Source: Octopus bimaculoides (Eukaryota). Taken from it: a stretch of 64,000 nt of DNA. Positions 63,775 to 64,000 of this stretch are shown one piece after another. The stretch lies in NCBI RefSeq assembly GCF_001194135.2, contig NC_068985.1, forward strand, positions 77,569,726 to 77,633,725, written 5' to 3'. Below the pieces are notes generated by a model. It saw only the letters and a list, made by a program, of their open reading frames with translations. It was not told where the DNA came from and ran no database searches. The number at the start of each line of letters is the position of its first letter. The stretch's first letter is position 1. The position numbers and the translations under genes are program-made.

Positions 63775-64000
63775 ATCATCATCATCATCATCATCGTTTA
63801 ACGTCCGCTTTCCATGCTAGCATGGGTTGGACGATTTGACTGAGGACTGGTGAAACCGGATGGCAACACCAGGCTCCAGTCTAATTTGGCAGAGTTTCTA
63901 CAGCTGGATGCCCTTCCTAACGCCAACCACTCAGAGAGTGTAGTGGGTGCTTTTACGTGTCACCCGCACGAAAACGGCCACGCTCGAAATGGTGTCTTTT
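63775..64000 (-). mobile_element. Family B SINE, young copy, truncated by the window end
   Basis: Only a handful of substitutions relative to 1578-1800. Confidence 0.88.

Overview
AT-rich, microsatellite- and transposon-dense animal genomic DNA from a gapped draft assembly (7 N-gaps). The repeat families resemble those I recall from Octopus/coleoid cephalopods; this is inference from sequence style, not a database hit. Only one host gene is supportable, a + strand immunoglobulin-superfamily secreted or cell-surface protein. Its signal-peptide exon (4040-4152, MLFLLLLLPFVESK, ends phase 1) can join in frame to a 303-nt phase 1-1 V-like Ig exon (47791-48093) across a putative ~43.6-kb intron; later exons lie beyond the window or in gaps. 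The rest is mostly TE debris. DNA transposons: two mariner copies, a maT-like DD37D relic, a Buster-type hAT with a perfect 8-bp TSD, a piggyBac relic with TTAA MITEs, hAT MITEs and a Helentron-type HINE. Retroelements: Tx1/L1, RTE, R4/Dong-like and Penelope fragments plus several SINE families. The most unusual items are (i) a Penelope 3' terminal module combining a tRNA-like Pol III head with a minimal hammerhead ribozyme, plus a 5' fold-back hairpin; (ii) recursive-splicing-like or poison-exon sites and a possible alternative start exon inside the long intron; (iii) inverted young SINEs bracketing the start-codon exon, which has a start-stop uORF; (iv) a locally templated ~100-bp insertion. 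Coordinates of degenerate repeats are approximate.
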